Assembly: GCF_006345805.1 (NCBI RefSeq)
Contig: NC_042997.1
Location: 196,230,001-196,294,000, forward strand
Direction: 5' to 3'
Length of the DNA stretch: 64,000 nt
Origin: Octopus sinensis
Taxonomy: Eukaryota
The notes under the pieces were generated by a model that saw only the letters and a list, made by a program, of their open reading frames with translations, was not told the DNA's origin and searched no databases. Both the position numbers and the translations under genes were made by a program. Positions 23,023-35,510 of the stretch are shown piece after piece (the first letter of the stretch is position 1; the number at the start of each line of letters is the position of its first letter).

Positions 23023-23431
23023 TATATGTGTATTTTCGAAATAAAAAATCTAGTGTGTAGTTCGGCACTATGTCTATAAGAGTGTTTCAGTAAAATATAC
23101 TAATCTAATTTTGAAATATCTTAAGGAAAATATGAAAAAACGGACATAAAGATATTTATTTATTGTCATAGAAGGGATTTCATCTGAGAAACGTATTATG
23201 ACATACTTACTTCCTTTAGTATGGTACATCAGAATAAAAGATGCAAGCATGGTATGGTGAGCATTTATGGTATATTGAAGGGATATTGTATGGAAAACGA
23301 AGGAAGACAGACAGTTTCTTTATCGAATATTTCTGTTCATTTAACTATTGAATAATTTTCTTATTTTGTTTCAATATAGATACTGAGCAAAATGCTTCAG
23401 AAACCGAAAGTTATGCACTAGTTTATTATTA

Positions 23432-23462
<31 letters not shown>

Positions 23463-23463
<1 letters not shown>

Positions 23464-23922
23464 GAGTGAGAGAGCAGTTCATGCCATCAAAGTGACACTG
23501 GGGTAATATATACGAAGCCCAATATACCCATCATGACTACTCGTCTGATAAAGGTACACCAGGCACATGCATCACAACCATATGTGCGCGACATGGTGAT
23601 CTCATATCAAGATAAACAGCGCATGACCTTGCAGGTGGGGCCCAGTTAGAATTTTCTTCAGGTTGAGTAGCCCATCCCGTTCAAACGGTCCCTGAATAAG
23701 GGTTGTTTAAGGATGTTGAAAGAACCACCCATGTTTCCAGAGGTGAACTATTCAAACCCCAAAGAATCCCTCTCAACACATGGCTATGATGCTCCCCCAC
23801 TACTTCTACTCGTGATCAGAGATGCACATATCGTCAGCCACTAAGGGACATGCTCAACTGGTTAAGGTCAAACAACTGACAAGCAAATCTGTGGTATTGA
23901 GCAGAATATTTGCTGTAGCCCA
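23463..23922. mobile_element. Unclassified ~460-bp interspersed repeat flanked by (ATT)n on both sides
   Basis: More GC-rich non-coding block with sharp boundaries into ATT repeats at 23423-23462 and 23923-24160. Family not established. Confidence 0.5.
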
Positions 23923-23956
<34 letters not shown>

Positions 23957-23966
23957 CATTATTATC

Positions 23967-24034
<68 letters not shown>

Positions 24035-24038
24035 TATC

Positions 24039-24118
<80 letters not shown>

Positions 24119-24160
24119 CATTATTATTATCATTATTATTATTATTATATTATTATTATT
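23923..24160. repeat. (ATT/ATC)n compound trinucleotide microsatellite
   Basis: Visible directly. Confidence 0.97.
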
Positions 24161-24430
24161 GGCCGAAAACTCTCATCGTATTATTCTGTGTATGATGGAA
24201 AGTATCAGCTGTCCACAGCCAGCAGACTAAAGTGACACTTGTTTACTGGTCCTGCTTCAAGAAACCTGCGAGGAATTCTTGCTGTTCCAAACAATGCTGA
24301 TTTTTGTAGGTGTTCTACCTTCACACTTGCACCAATCTTTTTCAGCCATGTTGGTAGTTGAGTGCTGATGCTTCCAAGTGCACCAGTTACTATTGGTATC
24401 ACGACTACTCTCCTCAAATGTGTTATCAAT
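24161..24430 (-). mobile_element. RLE-type (R4/Dong/NeSL-like) LINE extreme 3' end
   Basis: ORF 24205-24429 encodes VVVIPIVTGALGSIS...LQKSALFGTARIPRRFLE, a typical RLE C-terminus. A short UTR runs into (AAT)n. Confidence 0.8.
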
Positions 24431-24435
24431 AATAA

Positions 24436-24517
24436 ATGGCGTACTTGTTGTTGTTGTTGTTGTTGATGTTGTTGCTGGTGTTGTTTTTGTTGTTGTTTTT
24501 GTTTGTTGTTGTTGTTG

Positions 24518-24560
<43 letters not shown>
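24436..24560. repeat. (GTT)n microsatellite
   Basis: Visible directly. Confidence 0.97.
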
Positions 24561-25376
24561 AGGCAATAAAAAAGTGAAGACAAAGAAAAATAAGGAAAAG
24601 CAAGTACTCGACAGGCGTTTATCAAATTTCAGCATTTAATGGTGTGGCAAAGTTGTTATATGGAAAAAGAGGAGGAGGAAACTATTCAAAAATGAAACAA
24701 TTCATATAAAGTATTTGAATAAATTCCTTAAGTATCTCCTATATTGTAACCCTACAACAGACATAATCTTTTTGTTTTGTCAACTGAAAAGAAATGCCAT
24801 TGCTTGCCATTGTTTATCTGTCATAGCATGATAAGAAAACAATCCATGTATTAAAGTATGTTTCTCAGAAGAACTCTCATTTAAAAATGTAAATGAATCT
24901 CTGAGAAACAATTATCTTCTTTTTGATTAACCTATTTCAAAACTCGGATTATTCCTCATTATGGCATTTGTTATTCTGAGAGTTCGGTCTTTCAAGCTTT
25001 CGATATTTTGTATTTTCGATCATAAGAAGTGTTGCTTTTTGATCGTCGTTCTAAATATATTTTACTATGTATGTACGCCGGGTGTTAAAACATCTGAAAG
25101 TTATGGACAAGTGAGACAGCTCACCCCAGATATCATTCATCGATGTTTCGCCATTTCTGTTGTTTATGACCATCACGTGCCTGAATCCAATCACCAGCAA
25201 ATCGAACCGCCAGTCCACGACATAGAGAAGTCAGTTGTTTCAAATCATTACCTGAAGCTTGTGGATTACTGTCATGATGTAATCTAAGAATTCATTAATA
25301 AAATGTTGCTGAAACAGCTGTTGCGACTTTTGAGCCCAATTTACATTCTTCTCTCTCTCTAACCGATACCTACACA

Positions 25377-25417
<41 letters not shown>

Positions 25418-25418
<1 letters not shown>

Positions 25419-25735
25419 GAGCACTCCGTCGGTTACGATGATGAAGGTCGCAGCTGATACGATCAACGGAACAGCTTGCTCGTGTAATTAACGTGCAAGT
25501 GGCTGAGCACTCAACAAACACGTGTACCATTAACGTAGTTCTCAGGGATATTCTGCGTGACACAAGGTGTGAAAACGCCGGCCCTTTCAAATACAAGTAC
25601 TACTCATTATTGCAGCTGAGTGGACTGGAGCAACGTGAAATGAAGTGTCTTGCCCAAGGACACAACGCGTCGCCAGGAATTGAACTCACAACTTTACGAT
25701 CGTGAGCTGAATGCCCTAACCACTAAGCCACTGGC
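25418..25735 (-). mobile_element. SINE family B, full length
   Basis: Head gtggcttagtggttagggcattcagctcacgatc, middle gtgtccttgggcaagacacttcatttcacgttgctccagtccactcagctg, then the B tail. Confidence 0.9.
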
Positions 25736-25751
25736 CTTCACTATATATATA

Positions 25752-25901
<150 letters not shown>

Positions 25902-25912
25902 TATATATATCT

Positions 25913-26518
25913 GACTCGCTAGAAAGAGCAGTTAAAACTCCAAGCTACCAATTGTTGTAATTCCGAAAGTGATTGGAAAATATAAACGTTTACCTTAATC
26001 CTAGACCCTGCAAGGTTTCTGCAGACTTAAATACAAACTGAAATAAAATAATTTCACCCTATATCTGGCGCTGCTTCTTCAGTAGGTTGCCAGGACTGAT
26101 CACATAGGCACGGAGCGATAAATAACCCGACACGTGTCTATAGGTTCTAATTTTTCAAATCTACCACGCAGAAGCAGAGCTCAACCAGCACTAAAAAAAA
26201 TAAATTGCCGATTTTCTTCCAGAATTAGCCAAAAAACATTTTATCATTAATTAAAATCTTAGGATAGCAAGAATATTCATAGAAAGATTCTTATTTTTAT
26301 TTTCCAATCACTTTCGGAATTACAAAAATTGGTGGCTTGGAATTTTAACTGATATTTCTAGCGAATCCGATATCCTATTCTTCGGGTATTTCTTTTGTGT
26401 TTGAACGTACACTGTATTCTTCTTTGAATAATATATAGTGTATTGCCTATTTTTTTCTTTCTCATTAGGCCACTGGTAACTAAGAATCTTTCTATAAATA
26501 TTCTTGCTACCCTAAGAT
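25913..26518. repeat. Two interleaved inverted-repeat pairs (68 bp and 38 bp)
   Basis: 25913-25980 is the reverse complement of 26300-26367 (about 90%). 26256-26293 is the reverse complement of 26481-26518 (2 mismatches). Confidence 0.85.
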
Positions 26519-26770
26519 TTCATATATATATATATATATATATATTTACATTTTATAAAGGGCTTTACCCTCAATTGTTGAAATATATATATATATATAT
26601 ATATTATATATAATATATATATATGTATTCAGTAAAAACAATTAAGATTCAAGTGAGTTCCAATGAATTCACATGAATGTGGTACTTAACTTAGATGCAC
26701 CAGAAAACTATATGGTATTAACCATAAAATAATGTGGGGTGATTATAAACAAGAAAAAAGCAACAAGAAT

Positions 26771-26816
<46 letters not shown>

Positions 26817-27528
26817 GCATGTAAGTATATACATGAGTATCTTCCGTGTGTTTCAGTATGTGCGTACATGTGTGTATGTATGTGTGTCTGTAAATGTGTA
26901 CACGTGAAGAAACGTGATACCATTTCACCTTCCCCAACCCTTATTTGCACCCCCCCCCCCAATACATTCAACAATGCACACCACAACCCTTCTTCCTCTT
27001 TGGTCAGTTAAATGACTGACAAAACCAAACATGCCAAAAGACATTATTAGCACTAACGTACATCCGGTTTACCAATCTGATCGTTGATAAATCTGTATCA
27101 CGTGTTCCGTTACATACAGCCAATCAGAATTCTGCTTCAGTCAGCAACGCTCATATGTTACTTGCTTACCGAGGTTTATAAATATCGTCTATGAATTTAT
27201 ATGTTTATTGGTTAAACCATCCTTGGTCTAATTAACACCCAAATATCTGCTGATTAAATTTATTATTCGTGTAATTATTAATTGATCGGTTTATTTATCA
27301 TTAAATTTTTATGACATATAGATTCCACGAACTCAATAAAATGCTCTATTTTATCACTTGTCGGAAGCATTTGTCTGAAACTCTGTATAATAATCTGTGA
27401 ATATTGCAACTTCGAATATAATTAAGCGCACACTTACGCACACACACACTCACTAACACACGCACACACATACACACGTAATGATATGTACACTATTTCA
27501 TATATAAACATACGCACAAGTGTATGTG

Positions 27529-27770
27529 TTACAGTAATCCTTCAAAGTATCGCGGTTCACCTATCACGCCCTCAGTACATCACGGATTTTTCTGACTGAC
27601 ATATGTAAATTTATATCGCGGACTCCTCAGTATATCGCGGGTTTCTGCGGCCGAGAGGTAGTTATGATTTTTAAGATGTAATTATTTCTGTGGTAAAATA
27701 AGCATTCTCACGCCTAAAAATAATTAATTAATTAATTAAAAATATAGTACAGTACTGCACTGTATAACAT
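27529..27770. mobile_element. Tigger/pogo-like non-autonomous fragment
   Basis: Starts TAcagtaatccttcaaagtatcgcggttcacctatc and has repeated tatcgcgg motifs. Confidence 0.55.
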
Positions 27771-27781
27771 ATTAATTAAAA

Positions 27782-28125
27782 TATATTCTTTTCTACTTTA
27801 GGCACGAGACCCAAAATTTTGGGGTTGGGGGCCAGTCGATTATATCGACCCCAGTACGCAACTGGTACTTTATTTATCGAGCCCGAAAAGATGAAAGGCA
27901 AAGTCGACCTCGGCGGAATTTGAACACAGAACGTAGCGGAAGATGAAATACCTATTTCTTTACTACCCACAAGGAGCTAAACACAGAGAGGACAAACAAG
28001 AATAGACAAACGGATATTAAGTCGATTATATCGACCCCAGTGCGTAACTGGTACTTATTTAATCGACCCCGAAAGGATGAAAGGCAAAGTCGACTTCGGT
28101 GGAATTTGAACTCAGAACGTAACGG
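27782..28125 (-). mobile_element. SINE family C dimer whose last unit carries the alternative tail
   Basis: C units plus tail ...cgactggcccccaaccccaaaaattttgggtctcgtgcctaaagtagaaaag (minus strand). Confidence 0.85.
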
Positions 28126-28249
28126 CATATGTACATCTACGCACGCACACATAAATGTATGTAAGTATATGTCTATTGGTGTGTGCGTGTGTCGTTTTGG
28201 TTGGAACATCACTGCTTGGAAACTAATATTTGTATGCTTACGTGCCTGT

Positions 28250-28385
28250 TACCTAGTGGTTCGGCTAAAGAGCCCTGTAGAATAAGCACCAGACTAAGGA
28301 GCAAGTATTGGGGTCGATCTGTTTGAATAAACCCTTCAAGACGATACCCTAGCATGGCCACAGTCCAAAGACCGAACAGGTAAAA
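28250..28385 (+). mobile_element. SINE family A, 3' fragment
   Basis: gtggttcggctaaagag...agaataagcacc...ggggtcgat...agcatggccacagtc. Confidence 0.7.
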
Positions 28386-28449
28386 TACAAGACCACGCCC
28401 CACCAGTATCTTACCTCCATCCACGTTCACAGAAGATACTTCTTATATA

Positions 28450-28866
28450 TATTTCTTTATTGCCCGCAAGGGGCTAAACATAGAGGGGACAAGCAAGGAC
28501 AGACAAACGGATTAAGTCGATTAGATCGACCCCAGTGCGAAACTGGTACTTTATTTATCGACCCCGAATGGGTGAACGGCAAATCGACCTCGGAGGAATT
28601 TGAGCTCAGAATGTAATGACAGACGAAATACCTATTTCCTTACTACCCACAAGGGGCTAAACACAGAAAGGACAAACAAAGACAGACACACGGATTAAGT
28701 CGATTATATCGACCCCAGTGCGTAAGCGGTATATATTTAATCGACCCCGAAAGGATGAAAAGTACAGTCGAACCTCGGCGGAATTTGAAATCAGAACGTA
28801 ACGGCAGACGAAATACTGCTAAGCATTTCGCCCGGCGTGCTAACGATTCTACCAGCTCGCCGCCTT
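28450..28866 (-). mobile_element. SINE family C dimer with 15-bp TSD
   Basis: TSD gatacttcttatata at 28435-28449 and 28867-28881. Confidence 0.92.
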
Positions 28867-29405
28867 GATACTTCTTATATAATGAGCCGCGATATATTTC
28901 TAAATCGAATCGTGGCAACGCATAAAAATGTCATTGAGAGGACAGACTCGAATCAATCGTATCGACAGGCTGAATTTGTCTGTCGTGTTTGTCCCTAGAC
29001 ACTGTAAATCATTGTTTGGTCTTGCCTGGGTGTTCAGAGTCACCTCTGTAGAAGACATTGGCGTGCGATGTTATGCAGAGATTGGACCAAACAATGAATA
29101 ACGAAGCGAACAATTACCATCGCTGGTGTTTCTCTATACCTCTCTTTTTCTAATCTCTCTTTTTCCTTCCTCTTTCATCCATCCTTACCTTCTCTCCCAT
29201 TCTCTTCTTTCTGTTCATATATACATAAATACATACAATACATACAATACATACACACACACCACACACACACACACATATATATATTATATATATATAT
29301 ATAATATATATATATATATAATATATGTAATATATGTTGATATATATATATATATGTATATGTGTTTATATGTTTATATATATAATTATATATATATACC
29401 ATTTG

Positions 29406-29524
<119 letters not shown>

Positions 29525-30245
29525 TTGTATGTATGTATGTATATGTATCTCTATGTACATATGTGCGTGCATGAATCTATGTATAGAAATTTGTACATAC
29601 ATATCGGCACACATACACAGGTATCCGTCATCCATGCATATGTGTGCGTGCGTGCGTGAGTGTGTATATATGTACACGTAAATACATATATATGTACACA
29701 CTTATATTTGAGTATATGTATATATGTATGCATGTATATACTATAACTACACACACACACATATAATCACATCTGTGAGTGTGTGCGTGATTCTTCGTAT
29801 GAGATATTATTTTTATTGCGGCACGTCATAATTCACACCTCGCTATGTCCTAAATTTATTGATCTGTCGTCTAACACAACATCAGCGTCTTCTCATTATA
29901 AATAATTAATGAAAATAATTTGGCTGTTAAATCAGTCTGTTATCACTGAGGTTTGTGATATATGGCCTGTTCGATTGTCTGATCACCATTGTAGGTGATC
30001 TGCCAAATACTTCAGTGAGTAAGCTAGTATTAGATGGCCAAATCCGCCGTAGCGGTTAAGAAAGAAGGAAGGCTGGGTGTAGGAGCGGTACCCCTACCTC
30101 GAAGAAACAACCATTCACCATAAAAACCAATAAGTGGCCCGTTGCTGTGAGGCTGGAGGATTTAGATGACCAGATTAGATTATCTGTTGTTACACAATAT
30201 AGGACGTGATCCGGCAGATGCTTCACTAAATGTGTGTTAGCTAAC

Positions 30246-30570
30246 ATGGCAGATAGTCTACCAAATAACTATTTTGCAGTCTGGTAAATACTGCCGAAGG
30301 TGATCTGGTAGATACATTAACTAGTTGGTCTCGTAGCAGATATGGTAGATAGTCTACCAGATATCTATTTTGCGGTTTGGTACATCATATGGTAGATGGC
30401 CTTGTAGATAGTTTATTAAGTCATCTGGTAACTGATACGGTAGATGATCACCCAAATATCTTTCAAACGGCCTGATACGTTCTGTTGTACGCAGGTTAGT
30501 CAGTACTCTACAAGATATTTGGTAGCTGATATAGTAGAACGTCTACCAGATGTCTACCAGATGATATGAT
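30246..30570. repeat. Degenerate minisatellite built on TGGTAGATAGTCTACCA
   Basis: The unit atggYagatagtctaccaRataWctattttgcRgtYtggta occurs at about 30246 and 30342, with many scattered tggtagat/tctacca words. Confidence 0.65.
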
Positions 30571-30809
30571 GCACAGAATAGGAAATATTTTACATGTTGG
30601 TCCGGTAGTCTTTTAGCATGTGTGGTACATACTATAGTACGTTGATTGGTATGTACTTTATTATGTGGATTGGTTCCTTATAATACCGAAGATATTCTGC
30701 TAGATGATTTATTAGACTGGCAAACACTAGTTGTAATCAAAAGCTTGGAACATAGGTCTAAAACATAGAATTTGTATATTAAATGCACAAAGTTATATTC
30801 ATTTTGCAG

Positions 30810-30875
30810 TCGGTTGCTCAAGCGTTTGGAGCATGGGTCTGAAAATTAGAGTTGACCCTTTGTATCAGTTATTAG
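30810..30875 (+). CDS. Candidate 66-nt phase-1 exon (GCSSVWSMGLKIRVDPLYQLL)
   Basis: Acceptor tattcattttgcag, donor tag|gtaagt, one open frame. Confidence 0.35.
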
Positions 30876-30900
30876 GTAAGTAGATCTCTAGCTTCTGAAT

Positions 30901-31045
30901 GCGCATGGCTAAGTGGTTAGAGCATCGGGTCCAGAATCATGACGTAGTGAGTTCGATTCTCAGATCAGGCTGTGTGTTGTGTTCTTGAGCAAGACACTTT
31001 ATTCCACGTTGCTCCAGTTCACTCAGTTGTAGAAATGAATTGTGA
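30901..31045 (+). mobile_element. SINE family B head and middle, truncated by the following family C insertion
   Basis: gcatggctaagtggttagagc...gagttcgattc...gtgttcttgagcaagacactttattccacgttgctccag. Confidence 0.85.
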
Positions 31046-31050
31046 AATAA

Positions 31051-31466
31051 GGCGGCGAGCTGGCAGAAACGTTAGCACGCCGGGCGAAATGCTGAGCGGT
31101 ATTTCGTCTGCCGCTGCGTTCTGAGTTCCAATTCCGCCGAGGTTGACTTTGCCTTTCATCCTTTCAGGGTCGATTAAATAAGTACCAGTTACGCACTGGG
31201 GTCGATATAATCGACTTAATCCGTTTGTCTGTCCTTGTTTGTTCTCTCTCTGTTTAGCCCCTTGTTGGTAGTAAAGAAATAGATATTCGTCTGCCGCTAC
31301 TTTCTGAGTTCAAATTCCGCCGAGGTCGACTTTGCCTTTCATCCTTTCGGGATCGATTAAATAAGTACGAGTTACACACCGGGATCGATATAATCGACTT
31401 AATCCATTTGTCTGTCCTTGTTTGTCCTCTCTGTGTGTAGCAACTTGTGGGCAGTAAAGAAATAGG
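31051..31466 (+). mobile_element. SINE family C dimer
   Basis: Two tandem C units. Confidence 0.9.
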
Positions 31467-31884
31467 AAATGAATTATAACGTCACTAGGCCAAACTCTAT
31501 CGGCCTTTGCCTTTCTCTTGGATAACATCAATGGCGTAGAGAGCGGAGGGTGGTATATATATGGGCGACTGCAGGTCTTCCATAAACAACCTCGCCCGGA
31601 ATTGGGCCTAGGATGGGAAATATCTAGGTGCGGTCCCATGGTCAATCATGACCGATGGGGGTATTTATCTCCACGTTGTATATATTTGAATCGAACTGTA
31701 CTTGAGCATAACGATTCAAATTTTTTTTAAATTGCTCCAAACTATTGGCCACGACTGCATAGTGGATGATCTGGTAGATATCAGGACTGGTGGCTTTTGG
31801 GGCTGATATCGTTGATATTTGGCCTTATGATCTTTAATGTATTCATGTATTTTGACAGATTACAGGTAACCGATGCTTATATTT

Positions 31885-32400
31885 GCTGAATTAGAGGTGG
31901 CGGTGGTCATGGTGGTTGTGGTAGTGTTGGTGGTGGTGGTGGTGTTGGTGGTGGTGGTGGTAGTAGTATTGCAATTGGTGTTTGTGTTTGTGGAGGTGGT
32001 GGCGGTGTTTGTGTTGGTGGTAGTGGTGGTGGTGGTGGTGGTAGTGGCTGTGGTAGTGGCTGTGGTAGTATTGCAGTTTGTGTTTGTGGTGGTGGCGGTG
32101 TTTGTGTTTGAGATAGTGGCGGTGGTGGTGGTGGTAGTGGTGGTGGTAGTTTTGGTGTTAGTTGTGGTGGTGGTAGTGCTGTTTGCGTTGTTGGTGGTGA
32201 CAGTGTTTGTGGCGGTGGTGGTGTTGGTGGCTCTGATCGTATTGCAGTTGGTATTTGTGTTGGTGGTGGTGGTGGTGACGGTGTTTGTGGTGTTGGCGAT
32301 GGTGGTTTCGGCGGCGGTGGTGATGGTGGTTTCGGCGGCGGTGGTGATGGGGGTTTCGGCGGCGGTGGTGTTTGTAGCGATAGCAGAGGTGGTTGATTTA
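31885..32400. repeat. (GGT)n-based low-complexity tract, open in Thr-rich (minus) and Val-rich (plus) frames
   Basis: Visible directly. ORFs 31860-32456 and 31873-32469. Confidence 0.85.
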
Positions 32401-32515
32401 ATGTTCGTGCTGGTCGTGGTAGCGCGTGCCAAGGTAGAGACGACGAACGTTAACAACGGTAATGCCTGATGATCGAGGTAACAATTTTAGCAAAATTCAC
32501 TTCTGAGCAAACAGA

Positions 32516-32615
32516 NNNNNNNNNNNNNNNNNNNNNNNNNNNNNNNNNNNNNNNNNNNNNNNNNNNNNNNNNNNNNNNNNNNNNNNNNNNNNNNNNNNNN
32601 NNNNNNNNNNNNNNN
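32516..32615. other. Assembly gap (100 N)
   Basis: Run of N. Confidence 1.
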
Positions 32616-32995
32616 ATGATGATGACGACGATGACGATGATGATGATGGCGACGATAACAATGACGTTTTCAGATATGAAAAATGAAGCATTTTATTGTT
32701 TCCATCACCACTTACCTGAAGTTATTTTTTGATTTTTCAATTTTATTAAAACATATTCTCGATAACAGTTCAATGTCCCTTTAAATAACCAGGAATCATA
32801 TTTGCTCTTCCAGCATGTGTGGGTCGGTGTGTGTGTGTGTGTGTTTGTTTTGTTTGTGTGTGTGCGTATGTGTGTTCTTGTTTGTGTGTGTATGTGTATA
32901 TGATGTATGTATATATACGTGCGTGCATGTTGGTTTGTGTCGGTGTGGGATTGCATGTACGTATGTATATTTATATACATCTATACGTGTGTGTG

Positions 32996-33046
<51 letters not shown>

Positions 33047-33074
33047 TGCACGCACATTCGCCATGATAGATCGC

Positions 33075-33247
33075 TAGCCACAACATTCTTTTTTTCTCTC
33101 CTTGTTTCTTTCTGTGTTCCTCTCTGTAGAAGAGCGTAGGCTCGAAACATTAGACTTTTTCACTTCCCGAGCCTTAAACTGATACATCTGTTGTTGCTTT
33201 GTTGTCTACAACGCCTGTCTTCGTCTATGTTTTTTTTTGTGAATTCT

Positions 33248-33329
<82 letters not shown>

Positions 33330-33500
33330 TTTTTATTTATATTTGGAAGAACAAAAGACGTAGACAGGTTGTGAACAACAGACAAGCAGGTGTATTAGTT
33401 TGACGCTCGGGAAAATGAAAAATGTCTCTTACGTTTCGAGCCTACGCTCTTCAACAGACAGGAATAAGGGAAAGTAAACAGAGAGAGAATGAAAAAAACT
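33075..33500. mobile_element. Inverted pair of Penelope-like terminal repeats separated by (TA)n
   Basis: 33075-33250 (+) and 33340-33500 (-) are the same repeat. Each contains gaagagcgtaggctcgaaac. Confidence 0.7.
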
Positions 33501-33723
33501 TCTGCATTTCAGCGGTACTCATACACACACACACACAGATATATATATATATATATATATATATAACGATTTTTAAAAAATTCTATCGGCCGGCTTGCCC
33601 GACTTCAGTTCTTCGGTTTTTTCTGTAGCGAGTAAATTATATGTGGAAATTGACGATTTATTAGTCTGTTATCAGCATATTGGCATTGAAATAATTTTCT
33701 TTAGCCCTTACTTATAAGTTGTA

Positions 33724-33790
<67 letters not shown>

Positions 33791-34339
33791 CTCTCTGCCC
33801 TAAGGCATTTTTCTAACACGCCAGCTCAAAGTTTACTCATCCTGACGAAAGACGCCTATCTGTAACGTCCTGTCTTTTGTTATTATTATTATCATTATTG
33901 TTTTTATGTATTTTTGTATTCTTATTCGTGTAACATCGTCGTTTTTTCCGTCCTTGTTTTGTATACATTCGAGGCTTTCTTCCAAGGAATCTAATGCGCT
34001 TGGTTTAGATTTTCCTTTGGGGCTGGCCAGATCGAAGCAATCTCAAGATTAATCAGCCGAAATTGCGAGGATGATCCGGTTCTTGTATGTATGTATGTAT
34101 GTATGTATGTATGTATGTATGTATGTATGTGTGTATGTATGTATGTATACACACACACACACACACACAGAATTGTTAGCATGCCAGATTTGATGCTTAG
34201 CATCATTTCATCCCTTTTAACCTTCTGAGTTCAAACTCCGCCAACGTCGACTTTGCATTTCAACCTTTCGAGGTCAATAAAATAAGAAGCAGTAGAGCAC
34301 TAAAATCGATGAAATTGATTTATCCACTCCCCTGAAATT

Positions 34340-34686
34340 TCCGCCGTTCTGGGTTCAGTCCCATTGCGGGATACCTTGGCCAAGTGTCTTCTATAGCCTC
34401 GGACTGAGGCTTCTAAGTGGATTTGGTAGACGGAAACTGAAAAGAGCCCGTCGTGTATATGTATATGTATGTCTGTGTATATGTCTGTGTATCTGTCTTT
34501 GTCCCCCCAACATATCTTAAAAACCGATGCTGGTGTGTTTACGTCCCTGTAACTTTGCAGTTCAGCAAAAGAGACCGATAGAATAAGTACTAGGCTTACA
34601 AAGAGTAAGTCCAGGGTCGATTTGCCCGACTAAAGGTGGTGCTCCAGCATGGCCACAGTCAAATGACAGGAACAAATAAAAGAATT
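34340..34686 (+). mobile_element. SINE family A
   Basis: Family A body and tail. Confidence 0.85.
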
Positions 34687-34711
34687 TATATATAGTCGCT
34701 ATACTTGACCG

Positions 34712-34880
34712 CTAAACCCACAAGTTGTTTTTATTCTCTCTCTGTTTATTTTCTCTTATTCCTTTCTGCTGAAGAGCGTAGGCTCGAAACATAAAAGACG
34801 TTTTCATTTTTCCGGGCGTCTACCTAATACACTTCCTTGTTGTTCATACACCTGTCTTCTACTTTTTGTTTTTCTATAAA
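34712..34880 (+). mobile_element. Penelope-like terminal repeat (same family as 33075-33500)
   Basis: ctttctgctgaagagcgtaggctcgaaacataaaag plus flanking similarity. Confidence 0.7.
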
Positions 34881-35179
34881 TGTCAACATTACATACGCAA
34901 ATTTCTATAGACATATGCCTACATACATATTCATGCGTACATGTAAACATACGTACATACACCCACATTTACCTGAATGTTGATATAGAGATTCCGGGCT
35001 CGAAAGGGCGGTTAGAGTGCAGTATTCACGATGGTGAGATTGTGGTATCAATTCCTAGACCGGGTGAGGTTGTTGTGCTCTTGAGCAATTCACTTTATCT
35101 CATGTTGCTCTGAAATTACATGGACAAGTAACAGTGTGGTACACCGTGCACCTGTATAGGTAACGTTGATTTAGATATG

Positions 35180-35246
35180 AATGAAAGAAAGAAAGAAAGA
35201 AAGAGAGTAAGAAAGAAAAGAAGAAAGGAAGAAAGGAAGAAAGAAA

Positions 35247-35283
<37 letters not shown>

Positions 35284-35510
35284 TAAGAAAGTAAGAAAAA
35301 AGAAAGTAAGAAGTAAGAAGAAAGAAAGAAAGAAAGAAAGAAGAAAGAAAGAGAGAAAGACAGAAAAGAAGAAAGAGAAGAAGAAAGAAATAAGGAAAGA
35401 AAAAAGAAAGAAAGAAAGAAAGTCAGGAAGACAGAAAAGAAGAAAGAGAAGAAGAAAGAAATAAGGAAAGAAAAAAGAAAGAAAGAAAGAAAGAAGAAGG
35501 AAGAAGGGTA
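35180..35510. repeat. (AAAG)n-like polypurine tract
   Basis: About 330 bp, almost all A/G. Confidence 0.95.

Noticed and set aside
23822-24639. Poly-Tyr/His, poly-Ile, poly-Thr/Gln, poly-Val and poly-Asn ORFs
   Set aside because: Translations of (ATT/ATC)n and (GTT)n microsatellites.
35177-35464. Lys/Arg/Glu-rich ORF and its Phe/Leu/Ser-rich antisense ORF
   Set aside because: Products of the (AAAG)n tract.
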